IMG/VR virus record: IMGVR_UViG_3300006201_000003
Coordinates: 95 to 64,094 of that record
DNA length: 64,000 nucleotides
Strand: one strand, 5' to 3'
From: a virus
Lineage: Duplodnaviria; Heunggongvirae; Uroviricota; Caudoviricetes
Shown: piece after piece, positions 48,199-56,857 of the stretch
Layout of the letters: every line of letters starts with the position of its first letter
Position numbering within the stretch: the stretch's first letter is position 1
The notes under the pieces: model-generated
Told to the model about the DNA's origin: nothing
The model's database searches: none
The model's input: the letters and a program-made list of their open reading frames with translations, nothing else
Translations under genes and position numbers: made by a program

Positions 48199-48476
48199 TG
48201 GTGTAAACTTGGTGTAAAGCTGAAATGGCACTCTCGATATACCAAAACAATTTACACAAGATATGGTGAAATTTTTGCTGTTTTACACTGAATGGCGCAC
48301 ATTTTGCTTAAAGACGGTTTTGAAATATTTATATATCGAGGATATAAATATTGTTGCTCATGGTTTCTTATAAGTTCTCAAAACTGCTCCGCTTGCGATA
48401 CAATCCAGAATTTTTTCACACAATTTCTTATAGCTTCTTAGAAAATTTTCGTGAAGTGGTGTAGAATTTGGTGTAT
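48199..48476. mobile_element. Putative attP: arm-type repeats flanking an 11-7-11 core
   Basis: TGGTGTAAA x2 (48199, 48210), TGGTGTAGA/TGGTGTAT (48457, 48469); perfect IR AATATTTATAT-ATCGAGG-ATATAAATATT at 48324-48352. Confidence 0.7.
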
Positions 48477-48490
48477 GCAAGCGGATGTAA

Positions 48491-49762
48491 TCAGCCAATC
48501 TTAATCTTGCCCTCAAGGTTCGCAAAGCTGGCCTTTTTCTTCTCCATCGTTGCTTCATTGTAGATGTCCATGGTGGTAGAGATATTGGCGTGTCCCATGA
48601 TCTCTTGAATGACCTTCAAATTGGTTTCGTTCTCACAGAAACGAGTGCAGAACGTGTGCCTTAAATTATGAACGGAGAAGTGCGGGAGCAAGAGCGGCTT
48701 CCGCTTCTGCTTTTTAGCGGCCTGCTCCTCTGAGGCATTGTAGTCACGGATGATGTTGTTGATGATACGGTTAATGCTTACGCTGGTATACAGATTGCCA
48801 CGCTTCGTCTGGAAAATGAACCCAGAGTATCCGTCTACTTCGTTTTTGTTGAAACCATCCGCCATCTGCCTAAGCCGTTCAGAGATCAGAGCAGACTTAA
48901 CTTCTTTCAGCATAGGAATTATCCGCTCACCAGCTTCGGTCTTCGGAGAGGACACAAGGAATCTCATTTTCTTCTCATTTTCAGGCTTACAAAAGGCCAA
49001 GCTGTGGTTGATAGAAATGAGATTATCAGTGAAATCACAGTCGTCCCAGCGAAGTCCGATGACTTCACCTACACGGCAACCAGTCCCAAGAAACACAGTA
49101 AACAGGTTGAGAAAACCAGAGTATTTCTGAGAATTTCGGATGAAATCTACAAACGCTTCCTGTTCATCTTCGGTCAGCGCATGGCGCTTATCCTGGCTCC
49201 AAGCGTTTTGCTTTTTCAGTTCGGCATATACTTGGTATGCGGGATTCGCCCTAATATAACCATCACGTACCGCAAGTGTAAAAATCGGATGGAGTACGGT
49301 ATTGACGGCGTGGATTGTGTTTGGCTTCATTCCCTTTTCATAGAACAGTGCTAAGTAAAACTTCTTGATATCACTATACTTGATAGAACTGATGCTACGC
49401 ATACCAAGTTCATCTTTGATGTAGTGTTTGTAGACTTGGAAATAGCCAGAGCGTGTGGTGGGTTTCAACTCTTTTTTCATAGCCATATACTTGTAGAAAA
49501 AGTCATCCAAGGTTTTCTTACTGGCTACGAAACTTTCAATGCCATCATCTGTATCACGGGTCAGTTGTTTTTCCAGATCACGTAAAGGCGCACCAGCTTT
49601 TTTGCCTGTTGGCAGTTTGTCGGTTTCTACTAACCGCCAGCTGTAAATAGTCCGTCTCACCCCTCCAGCATCATTGTAGCGGTACATATACATCCCGTCC
49701 GCTCGTTGGGATTCGCCAACTTTGAGAAGTCGGCCTTTCGAGTCTCTTCTTTTCGAGGCCAT
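48491..49762 (-). CDS. int: Integrase (tyrosine recombinase with Tn916-type N-terminal arm-binding domain)
   Basis: RRDSKGR..GESQRADG N-domain; GTGCRVGE, HNLRHTF, GHANISTTMDIY. Confidence 0.93.
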   Translation of the reverse strand: MASKRRDSKGRLLKVGESQRADGMYMYRYNDAGGVRRTIYSWRLVETDKLPTGKKAGAPLRDLEKQLTRDTDDGIESFVASKKTLDDFFYKYMAMKKELKPTTRSGYFQVYKHYIKDELGMRSISSIKYSDIKKFYLALFYEKGMKPNTIHAVNTVLHPIFTLAVRDGYIRANPAYQVYAELKKQNAWSQDKRHALTEDEQEAFVDFIRNSQKYSGFLNLFTVFLGTGCRVGEVIGLRWDDCDFTDNLISINHSLAFCKPENEKKMRFLVSSPKTEAGERIIPMLKEVKSALISERLRQMADGFNKNEVDGYSGFIFQTKRGNLYTSVSINRIINNIIRDYNASEEQAAKKQKRKPLLLPHFSVHNLRHTFCTRFCENETNLKVIQEIMGHANISTTMDIYNEATMEKKKASFANLEGKIKIG

Positions 49763-49843
49763 TGTGAACTCCTTTCTGCCTGAAGAAGAAACTCGATGTG
49801 GTATTTGGATTATACCACACCGAGCATTTGACCTCAAGCAAAA

Positions 49844-50044
49844 TCATATCAAACTGATTCGATCAATGTAGTTTTCAAATTTCTTGCGTTTTATTTGTGC
49901 TCTGGTATTGTTCCAGAGGATGAAGTCAGCGTCGGGATGTTCGCTGATTAGTTTCCGCAACTTGTTTTCTCCCACTCTGAAATATGCTGCGGCTTCTTCT
50001 ATGGAAAGGGTATATCGCTCCCAGAATGGGATTTCAATAGCCAT
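49844..50044 (-). CDS. xis: Excisionase (Tn916 Xis family)
   Basis: IPFWERYTLSIEEAAAYFRVGENKLR; adjacent to int. Confidence 0.88.
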   Translation of the reverse strand: MAIEIPFWERYTLSIEEAAAYFRVGENKLRKLISEHPDADFILWNNTRAQIKRKKFENYIDRISLI

Positions 50045-50067
50045 CGTCTATGCTCCCTTCTTGGCAA

Positions 50068-50082
50068 TGATTTTATTCGTCG
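50068..50082 (-). promoter_or_regulatory. 15-bp intergenic motif CRACGAAYAAAATCA, copy 1 of 5
   Basis: Other copies at 53254, 55712, 62537, 62599, all on the same strand. Confidence 0.75.
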
Positions 50083-50104
50083 TTTTGCAAAAAGTTTATT
50101 TCTT

Positions 50105-50338
50105 CTATGTTGCCTCTGCTATCGCTCTTATAACGAATCTGAATTTCTCATCCATCACATAATTGATACTTGCCTTAAAGCGTTCAATGTCAGATTTAGT
50201 TAGATCGTACCTCGTGACATCTTCACACATAAAGGTATTGAAACGTAGCATGATTTCAATTTGTAGCTGAGACACATCACGCACAATTCTCAACCGCTCT
50301 TTATCTGGGATATTTCTTACACGTTCTGTATCAGCCAT
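50105..50338 (-). CDS. Hypothetical protein
   Basis: RBS AAGGAGG, strand-consistent. Confidence 0.6.
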   Translation of the reverse strand: MADTERVRNIPDKERLRIVRDVSQLQIEIMLRFNTFMCEDVTRYDLTKSDIERFKASINYVMDEKFRFVIRAIAEAT

Positions 50339-50378
50339 GACTATCCTCCTTCGATTAGGCTAAATGAAAACATTTCAT

Positions 50379-50774
50379 TTAGTTTTCGTCTTTCCTTTGG
50401 AACAAAAATTTATAGTACGCATTGGAATTTGCTTGTGCTTGATCCGCTTCAATGAACTCAGAAACGATCTTGTCTTCCATTTCACCGTCAAACAAATCTG
50501 ATTCATACCATTCAAGTGAATTGTAGTAGTCCAGAAGCCAGCACATATTCAGCTTTTGGCAGGTCATTTTCAGAGCTTCATTCCAGCCAGCTGTACTACT
50601 AACATAGAACAGGCTGTAAAGATCAGATTCGTCCTTCTTAAAAATCATATGCCCGAAAACACTGCATAGCTCCCCAGCAAATGCAATATAAAAGTGCTGT
50701 GGTATTTTGCTTTTGATTTTCTCTGGAATCTTGTATTCAATGCGTGGATTTTCACCATTACCAACGATAGGCAT
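50379..50774 (-). CDS. Hypothetical protein
   Basis: Strand-consistent ORF abutting HNH stop. Confidence 0.55.
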   Translation of the reverse strand: MPIVGNGENPRIEYKIPEKIKSKIPQHFYIAFAGELCSVFGHMIFKKDESDLYSLFYVSSTAGWNEALKMTCQKLNMCWLLDYYNSLEWYESDLFDGEMEDKIVSEFIEADQAQANSNAYYKFLFQRKDEN

Positions 50775-50775
50775 T

Positions 50776-51294
50776 CTACACACCCCCATTTTGCTGCACT
50801 AATTCGAGATATAGCTCCCATTGCGGAGCAAACTCACCAAACAGCTCAACCTCTGTTTCGAGGCGGGCTATAATTGCGTCCTCTTTGTCACGAAAGCGAC
50901 CTATGAATATCCGTTTGCTGTTGTAGGTAATACTTGCCGCCCACCGATTACGTTTCTTGTCAAATGAAATGCCGGCCACGCCAGAAGTGTTTGTTGAGTA
51001 TAGGCCACGATTTCGATTATTCTCAGAGTAGGAACAACACCTCAGATTTTGCTTTCTATTGTTTGCACGGTTTTTGTCTCTGTGGTCTACCCATTGGCCT
51101 GGTTTTGCATGGGCAACAATCCTATGGAACCTGACAATCCGCAGTTGACCGAGATAATAGTAGCTGCTTGTAAGATACCCGCCTTTGTCTACATACCAGC
51201 GGCGGCTTTCAATAATAGGGAGGTCGTCCAAGTCAAAGTAGAACAATGACACACCTATATGCAAAATACCGTAAGATTCAAGTAGCTCTATCAT
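50776..51294 (-). CDS. HNH endonuclease with C-terminal AP2 DNA-binding domain
   Basis: VDHRDKNRANNRKQNLR HNH motif; NTSGVAGI..RWAASI..IGRF AP2 motif. Confidence 0.85.
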   Translation of the reverse strand: MIELLESYGILHIGVSLFYFDLDDLPIIESRRWYVDKGGYLTSSYYYLGQLRIVRFHRIVAHAKPGQWVDHRDKNRANNRKQNLRCCSYSENNRNRGLYSTNTSGVAGISFDKKRNRWAASITYNSKRIFIGRFRDKEDAIIARLETEVELFGEFAPQWELYLELVQQNGGV

Positions 51295-51306
51295 CTCTGA
51301 TCACCT

Positions 51307-51550
51307 TTATTCTATATCCTCTGGCCGCTCAGGAAGCGGCATCCAATGCGCAACTCTTTTGGTTACTTTTTGGGGTTGACCGCATTGATGTTACGATATA
51401 CCACTCTCTGCGCTTTGTTCTTGGATAGCGGTCATTCATTGGATCTTTTCTGTGGAATCATATGAAAATGATCCCGTCACGAGGAGTATAACCCAAAACC
51501 AACTGATTGTCGATAGGTAGCCTGTCTTTTACCGAGATCCATTCACCCAT
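51307..51550 (-). pseudogene. DUF551-like gene with in-frame TGA and +1 frameshift
   Basis: MGEWISVKDRLP start and HWMPLPERP end; TGA at 51458-51460, extra base in run 51367-51375. Confidence 0.7.
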
Positions 51551-51556
51551 TAAATG

Positions 51557-52402
51557 TCACCAGCCCAATTTTACATTTAGACCAGCCGCCGCTGCTGTAT
51601 TCAGTAGAAGCATTGCACGAGTCATCGGCCCGACACCACCAGGTACTGGTGTGTATGCTGCGCTCTTTTCATAGGCATCAGGATCACAGTCGCCACACAA
51701 TTTCCCGTTGTCATCACGGTTCATACCAACATCAATAATGGTGGTGTCCGACTTAATAAACTCTGGTTTGATAAGGCTTCTTCTTCCAGTTGCGGCTATT
51801 ATGATGTCAGCGCTTTTACAAATGTCGCCAAGGTTTCTGGTGTGCGAATGGCAGATAGTTGTTGTGGCGTTATTCCAAAGTGCTATGGTAGCCATTGGTT
51901 TGCCAACAATATCGGAGCGACCAACTATAACGCAATGCCGTCCAACGATTGGTATTTTGTAAAACCTCATCAACTCAATAATGCCTCCAGGAGTACAAGG
52001 TACAAATCGGAATTTTCCATCCAGCATTGCCATAGTATTTGCCTTTGTAAATCCATCCACATCTTTTTTAGGACTGATTTCGGAGATAATATGGTCTTTA
52101 TTGATATGTTTTGGAAGTGGAAGTTGAACTAAAATTCCATGCACATTGCTGTCATCAGAAAGTGAGCGAATCAGCTTAATCAACTTTTCTTCACTTGTGT
52201 TTTCTGGGAGTGCATAAGTAACACTATCAATTCCGCATTCCTCACAATCTTTCGCTTTGTTCCTAACATAGACTCTGGATGCTTGGTCGTGCCCAATTAA
52301 AATAACGGCCAAACGTGGCTGTATACCAGATTCTACAATCGTTTCCTTGATCTTTTTCTTGATAGATAATGCGGCGTGGTTGCCATTCAAAATCAGAGGC
52401 AT
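51557..52402 (-). CDS. folD: Bifunctional methylene-THF dehydrogenase/cyclohydrolase
   Basis: ASRVYVRNK, GILVQLPLP, KDVDG, PCTP, GRSDIVGKP, IDVG, TPVPGGVGPMT. Confidence 0.95.
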   Translation of the reverse strand: MPLILNGNHAALSIKKKIKETIVESGIQPRLAVILIGHDQASRVYVRNKAKDCEECGIDSVTYALPENTSEEKLIKLIRSLSDDSNVHGILVQLPLPKHINKDHIISEISPKKDVDGFTKANTMAMLDGKFRFVPCTPGGIIELMRFYKIPIVGRHCVIVGRSDIVGKPMATIALWNNATTTICHSHTRNLGDICKSADIIIAATGRRSLIKPEFIKSDTTIIDVGMNRDDNGKLCGDCDPDAYEKSAAYTPVPGGVGPMTRAMLLLNTAAAAGLNVKLGW

Positions 52403-52978
52403 TTATTTCTCCTCCTTATCAGAGATTTCCTTGCAGATTGGCTTAATATAGTCGATGAAGACCTGAGTTATTTTCTTTGCACTGGCAGAGAAATCCATAC
52501 AAATGCAACCCCATAAGTCACTCTCATCACAATCTGCCATTGGTGTGTCTCTAAACAAATCTTGTAAAGCCAAAATAATCCCTTGGTCTGTGGCTTCTTC
52601 GCAGCACTCTCTGACTTCATCCAAATCAATGGTTGGATCGCCATATTCATTTGGTTCTGACGGGTTTATCCCGTAATCATCAATAAGCTGCTTAACTTCC
52701 TTGAAAGTGTCAGCCTCATTGATGAAATTCCGTTTTGAGAGTTTGTCTAATAAATAGCCACCATCAACTCGCGCCATAAGGTGCATAAAGCTCTCACTGT
52801 TTGGAGTTGGAACCCACCCATAAGCATAGCTTCCGCAATCAGACGTTATGGACAGCTCATAGCGGTCAAGATCAAAATTGAAGACTGCCCAGAGGCAAGA
52901 GCCATAGTCTGGATCTCCTCTTTCTTGCTGGAAGTGAAGAGATACAATATTAGTCGTTCTATTTGTTACTTTAGCCAT
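52403..52978 (-). CDS. Hypothetical protein
   Basis: 191-aa strand-consistent ORF, coupled to neighbours. Confidence 0.6.
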   Translation of the reverse strand: MAKVTNRTTNIVSLHFQQERGDPDYGSCLWAVFNFDLDRYELSITSDCGSYAYGWVPTPNSESFMHLMARVDGGYLLDKLSKRNFINEADTFKEVKQLIDDYGINPSEPNEYGDPTIDLDEVRECCEEATDQGIILALQDLFRDTPMADCDESDLWGCICMDFSASAKKITQVFIDYIKPICKEISDKEEK

Positions 52979-53240
52979 TGATGCTCACCTCCGGCATAAG
53001 ATGAAAGAACTCCGTATGGCTTCCGACATCGAAGATTGTTTTTCCATCACTGTTCCGAATGCGTGTATAGTAAATGGTAAAGTTTCGTTCGGCGCAAAAT
53101 GCACGGATCAACAGGTTCGCTTCATCCATTATGTCCTGATCAGACCTTAGCTGGCCTGTGTCGTTGTAGTCATCAATGAACGCAATCTTCCGTTTGTTTC
53201 CATGGCTGTCCTTGAAAAAGAGGATGTGACTTTTCTTCAT
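52971..53240 (-). CDS. Hypothetical protein
   Basis: RBS AAGGAG; FDVGSHTEFF motif. Confidence 0.6.
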   Translation of the reverse strand: MKKSHILFFKDSHGNKRKIAFIDDYNDTGQLRSDQDIMDEANLLIRAFCAERNFTIYYTRIRNSDGKTIFDVGSHTEFFHLMPEVSING

Positions 53241-53269
53241 ACTTATTTCTCCTTGATTTTGTTCGTTGT

Positions 53270-53699
53270 TTAATGAAAGATAACTACCATACTGGGAAAT
53301 GGGGCGGAGTTTTTACCATCTCCAAATTTCAGACGGCCACGGATAAAGCGCATCTCTACATTTTCTTTTTGGTAAATGTAGTCGTGAAAGTATGCCGTAT
53401 CTGTCCTGGCCGGTATCAGCAGCACCACAGTGGTATTAGGCTGCTTGGCTTCTTCGGAGCATTTCTTCACCCAGTCTTTGATAGCCTTTCCGTATGGCGG
53501 ATTGCAAAAGACCGTCTGCCCCCCCCCACGACTGCTTCAGTCCATCGTCCGCTTCTGTGAAATAGCGAGCGCATTTATGATTGGACTCGTTCGCACAGGG
53601 ATCAAGGGTGAAGTGAAACTCCGAATCCAGCCGATCAAAAAACGCTTGTGGCGTTGCCCAGTCCATAGCCTTGGACGAGAACATAACCTCTGTATTCAT
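53270..53699 (-). pseudogene. Phage Dam-type DNA N6-adenine methyltransferase, frameshifted in a G9 tract
   Basis: DWATPQAFF..FTLDPCA in one frame; CNPPYG..LLIPARTDT..GRLKFG..APFPS in the next; G8 restores a 142-aa ORF. Confidence 0.85.
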
Positions 53700-53722
53700 T
53701 TTGTTTCACCTCTGAATAGTTG

Positions 53723-54133
53723 TTATAGTCCGAGCGCTGTGGCGATGCTACTGATTTCCAGTTCTGTTTTCTTATCGTCAGACAACAGCTTATCCAGCTG
53801 GACTTCCATAGATTTTAGCTTTTCCAGCTCGCTCTTCTGGTCAAGTATTGCCAGCCGATCCTGAATATCAGAAATCCAGCTACTGGTTGGGAAACCACAG
53901 ATCATACACTGCTCGGAGTAACCAAGTTCTTCGGCGGCGGTATCCAGGTTGTGGAGCTTACAGAGCAGAAGAATCAGCGATGTGCGGTCAGCTGAGTGAA
54001 GATTGTGCCGTGTGCCGTCCATCTCGATGGAACAGCTGGTCAAAGGAGAGAATCGGCGTGGTTGGCCGATTTCCTTCTTCTTTGCCTCAATGCGCTGTTT
54101 CAGCATTAGGATCTGGTCATCGTTTTTGTTCAT
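53723..54133 (-). CDS. Helical hypothetical protein
   Basis: RBS AGGAGG; ATGA overlap with upstream gene. Confidence 0.65.
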   Translation of the reverse strand: MNKNDDQILMLKQRIEAKKKEIGQPRRFSPLTSCSIEMDGTRHNLHSADRTSLILLLCKLHNLDTAAEELGYSEQCMICGFPTSSWISDIQDRLAILDQKSELEKLKSMEVQLDKLLSDDKKTELEISSIATALGL

Positions 54134-55347
54134 GCGTATACCCTCCTATAAAATTTTCCGTTTTGCAAATACTGGTCGATACAGTATGGCGGTAGCTTTG
54201 CAAATATTTCTGTCACATCCAAAGGAATCATTCTCCCGTCTCGTGTGCCATCGTCCTCAAACTCAAAATAGTCCCGCATATTGCTCCCGCTATAATCAGA
54301 CCGAAATGAGCAAACAAACTTTGGATTACTACGATCTGTGTAAGGACGTGAAACACTATACCGAACTAATTCCCCATCAATCATGGTTGTGCAGTCAACA
54401 CTCCACCAGTAACTGTCTGCATCTTTAATTCGGTGAATGTTTTCTTCGTCGCTACATAGACGAATCTTGTCTTTAGACGAATCGTATGGTGAGTATGAGG
54501 TTTGCCCCTCCAGCCTTTCAAACAGTTCTGCATAGTTAGCAGCTGGTTCTGTTGAAATGGTGTCAATGAAAAGTCCTGAGATGGATTTGAAGTTGTAAAA
54601 GTAACCATCTGGTGTTGTAAAGAAATGGCGTTTACCAACACATCCAATTTCGATTGTATACAATCGTTCATCACGATATCCCCATCTATCCCAACGACCA
54701 CGAGTAGATAATGGCTTTTGATTTTCACGAGCGTACTTCTCCATAAGACCAGCCGTTAAGAACCATTTCCCATCGAAGTGATACATACTGTCGTATGCGT
54801 CAAATCGTCCCATATAGATGAGGTGTTTGTTGTCTTTTGTTAGGTATTCGCCTCCTATCACAAGGTCTTTTGCTTTGATAGCCTTGTTCTCAAATCGCTT
54901 AGTATTCAGTTCTGTAAGACTGGCATAGTCAGGAGAACATGTAGGGATAAGAACAAGCTCAGTCCCATCCCATCCGTATACAAACTCTCCCTCAAGACCT
55001 TTTCCTTTGATTGAGCTGGTATACTCCAAGATGTATAGCAAGTTTGGAACAGAGATTTCAAACTCAAAGCCGCGTGGGTCATATACTCGGACATATGCCT
55101 GCCGGAAGTTGCCCCATGAGCCTGCATATCCGCCAACCTTTTTGTTGAGGACAAATCCATCCATCGGGATATTATCGTATTCAACAGGATCAATTTTCTT
55201 ATCACGCCAACTCTCCCACGATCCTGCCTTTCGCAAAGTGCCCTTCTCATCATAATAGATCACATAGGCCAGTTTTTTTGTATAGGTGTCGTTGCGTTCT
55301 TGAAATCCAATGCGAATTTTTTGAGGTATAAAAATATTATTGTTCAA
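54130..55347 (-). CDS. Hypothetical protein (~405 aa)
   Basis: TTG start after GAGGTG; long strand-consistent ORF. Confidence 0.65.
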   Translation of the reverse strand: MNNNIFIPQKIRIGFQERNDTYTKKLAYVIYYDEKGTLRKAGSWESWRDKKIDPVEYDNIPMDGFVLNKKVGGYAGSWGNFRQAYVRVYDPRGFEFEISVPNLLYILEYTSSIKGKGLEGEFVYGWDGTELVLIPTCSPDYASLTELNTKRFENKAIKAKDLVIGGEYLTKDNKHLIYMGRFDAYDSMYHFDGKWFLTAGLMEKYARENQKPLSTRGRWDRWGYRDERLYTIEIGCVGKRHFFTTPDGYFYNFKSISGLFIDTISTEPAANYAELFERLEGQTSYSPYDSSKDKIRLCSDEENIHRIKDADSYWWSVDCTTMIDGELVRYSVSRPYTDRSNPKFVCSFRSDYSGSNMRDYFEFEDDGTRDGRMIPLDVTEIFAKLPPYCIDQYLQNGKFYRRVYA

Positions 55348-55351
55348 ATCG

Positions 55352-55693
55352 CTACACCTCTTTCTCCATATTCCCAAAAGCCAACTCATATGGTAGCCCT
55401 GTTACTTCCAGTATCGCAGCAATACCTTTACCACTGATCTTCCCGCTACTCAGCGCTTGTCTAAGACATTTGCCAGTCATACGTTCCAGATCGGATATGA
55501 AGATGTGGTTGTCACACATCCACTTGCGCAAACCTGGGAACACGACTGATTGTGGCTTGATGTTGATAGTGGCGTTTTCATGCTTTTTAATTGCGCTGTG
55601 TACCGCTTGCTTGCTGACACCACATTTTCTTGCGATTGCCTCATAACTTAGGCCGCTTTTTCTCAGTGCAATATACTTTTCTGTTTTCGTCAT
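55352..55693 (-). CDS. Helix-turn-helix protein
   Basis: GLSYEAIARKCGVSKQAVHSAIK HTH. Confidence 0.7.
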   Translation of the reverse strand: MTKTEKYIALRKSGLSYEAIARKCGVSKQAVHSAIKKHENATINIKPQSVVFPGLRKWMCDNHIFISDLERMTGKCLRQALSSGKISGKGIAAILEVTGLPYELAFGNMEKEV

Positions 55694-55726
55694 GTACTTG
55701 GCTCCAATCATTGATTTTATTCGTCG

Positions 55727-56143
55727 CTATTGAAGATTTATAGGACACACAGACACCCCTCGTTCTTTGAAATAGTGGATAGCCTGTTCTGAAGAGAGGT
55801 GATTCATAATCCATTCCAGTGTCACATACTCTCGCTCACGAAACACATATTTATAGGAAATTGTGTGAATGCTTTTAGCGTAAAACCGTCTCTGTGTTTC
55901 GGTACTATATCCATATACTTCGATATATTGGCGATGATTGAACAAGGTTTCACCGACATACATTCCGTCAAGATGAAGTTTGGGGATTATTTGATATGCT
56001 TCATCAAAGGTGCAGCGATCTAAAGCAACCAGTTCTTCTTGCACTTCGGATTCGTCACGGCAAGTGTACCCATTGTTTCCGCATAGCTTCCAGTTTTGTC
56101 TGTTGACCTGAAACATGGACTTCACATCATAGATTTTAAGCAC
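55727..56143 (-). CDS. Hypothetical protein
   Basis: RBS AGGAGG; overlaps upstream stop. Confidence 0.6.
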   Translation of the reverse strand: MLKIYDVKSMFQVNRQNWKLCGNNGYTCRDESEVQEELVALDRCTFDEAYQIIPKLHLDGMYVGETLFNHRQYIEVYGYSTETQRRFYAKSIHTISYKYVFREREYVTLEWIMNHLSSEQAIHYFKERGVSVCPINLQ

Positions 56144-56510
56144 GCTGTTCCCTCCTTTTATAGTGTTTCACACGAATATCCAGTTTGTGCTTTTTCGCTG
56201 TTTCAATCATGTGCTTTGTGCCTCGGCTTTGGCCGTCCCAAAATGCTACCAGAGCATCGGCATTCTTCGCCATCTCTTCATTTCGGATAAAGCCAGCGCT
56301 ACGGCCTTTGCCATCCCAGTCTGCTGGAAAATAACGAATGGAATATCCGCGCTCCTTACCATAACGCTCTCCAAGCCGATCTGCACCTTGAGCCATACCG
56401 CACACTACAACAATTTCGTCAGTCACATTGGCAAGCAGTTGATCCATAGCTTTGGCAAGACCAGGATAGTTGTTAAAGTCTCTGCCGCCAGCAATAATAA
56501 CTCGAAACAT
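56136..56510 (-). CDS. SLOG/YspA-like (DUF2493) protein
   Basis: RVIIAGGRDF, GMAQGAD, AGFIRNEEM, AFWDGQSRGTKHMI. Confidence 0.85.
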   Translation of the reverse strand: MFRVIIAGGRDFNNYPGLAKAMDQLLANVTDEIVVVCGMAQGADRLGERYGKERGYSIRYFPADWDGKGRSAGFIRNEEMAKNADALVAFWDGQSRGTKHMIETAKKHKLDIRVKHYKRREQRA

Positions 56511-56543
56511 TTTTCACCTCCAGCATAAGTTGGCGTTTTTCTA

Positions 56544-56572
56544 TTGACACCACCTGGTTTTGTTTGTATACT
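56544..56572 (+). promoter_or_regulatory. Near-consensus sigma-A promoter for 56603-56809
   Basis: TTGACA-17 nt-TATACT. Confidence 0.8.
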
Positions 56573-56602
56573 TTTCTATCATAGACGAAGGAGGCCAACC
56601 AT

Positions 56603-56809
56603 ATGGCTGCACGCACTGTAAAATCCGTTGAGGAAAAAGTTGCGGTAATCGACCAGAAGATTGCGAAGAAGCAGGAGGAGATTAACGCACTTGAAGCTCA
56701 AAAACAGAAACTCCTCCATCCGGTCAACATGAAGACCGTTATGGCAAAGGCAAAAGAAATCGGACTGACACCGGAAGAAATCGCTGAAAAACTCGGACTT
56801 GAAGTGTGA
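56603..56809 (+). CDS. Small coiled-coil protein (moron), opposite to surrounding genes
   Basis: Own promoter, RBS GAAGGAGG and terminator. Confidence 0.8.
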   Translation: MAARTVKSVEEKVAVIDQKIAKKQEEINALEAQKQKLLHPVNMKTVMAKAKEIGLTPEEIAEKLGLEV

Positions 56810-56815
56810 TTCTTG

Positions 56816-56849
56816 GCCCACCTGCGATTTGCGGGTGGGTTTCTCTTTT
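56816..56849 (+). terminator. Terminator (possibly bidirectional)
   Basis: GCCCACCTGC-GATTT-GCGGGTGGGT then TTCTCTTTT. Confidence 0.7.
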
Positions 56850-56857
56850 GATAACAT

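Noticed and set aside
51458-51460. In-frame TGA as evidence of stop-codon recoding
   Set aside because: The same gene also has a frameshift, TGA/TAG/TAA all terminate intact genes, and no suppressor anticodon is present
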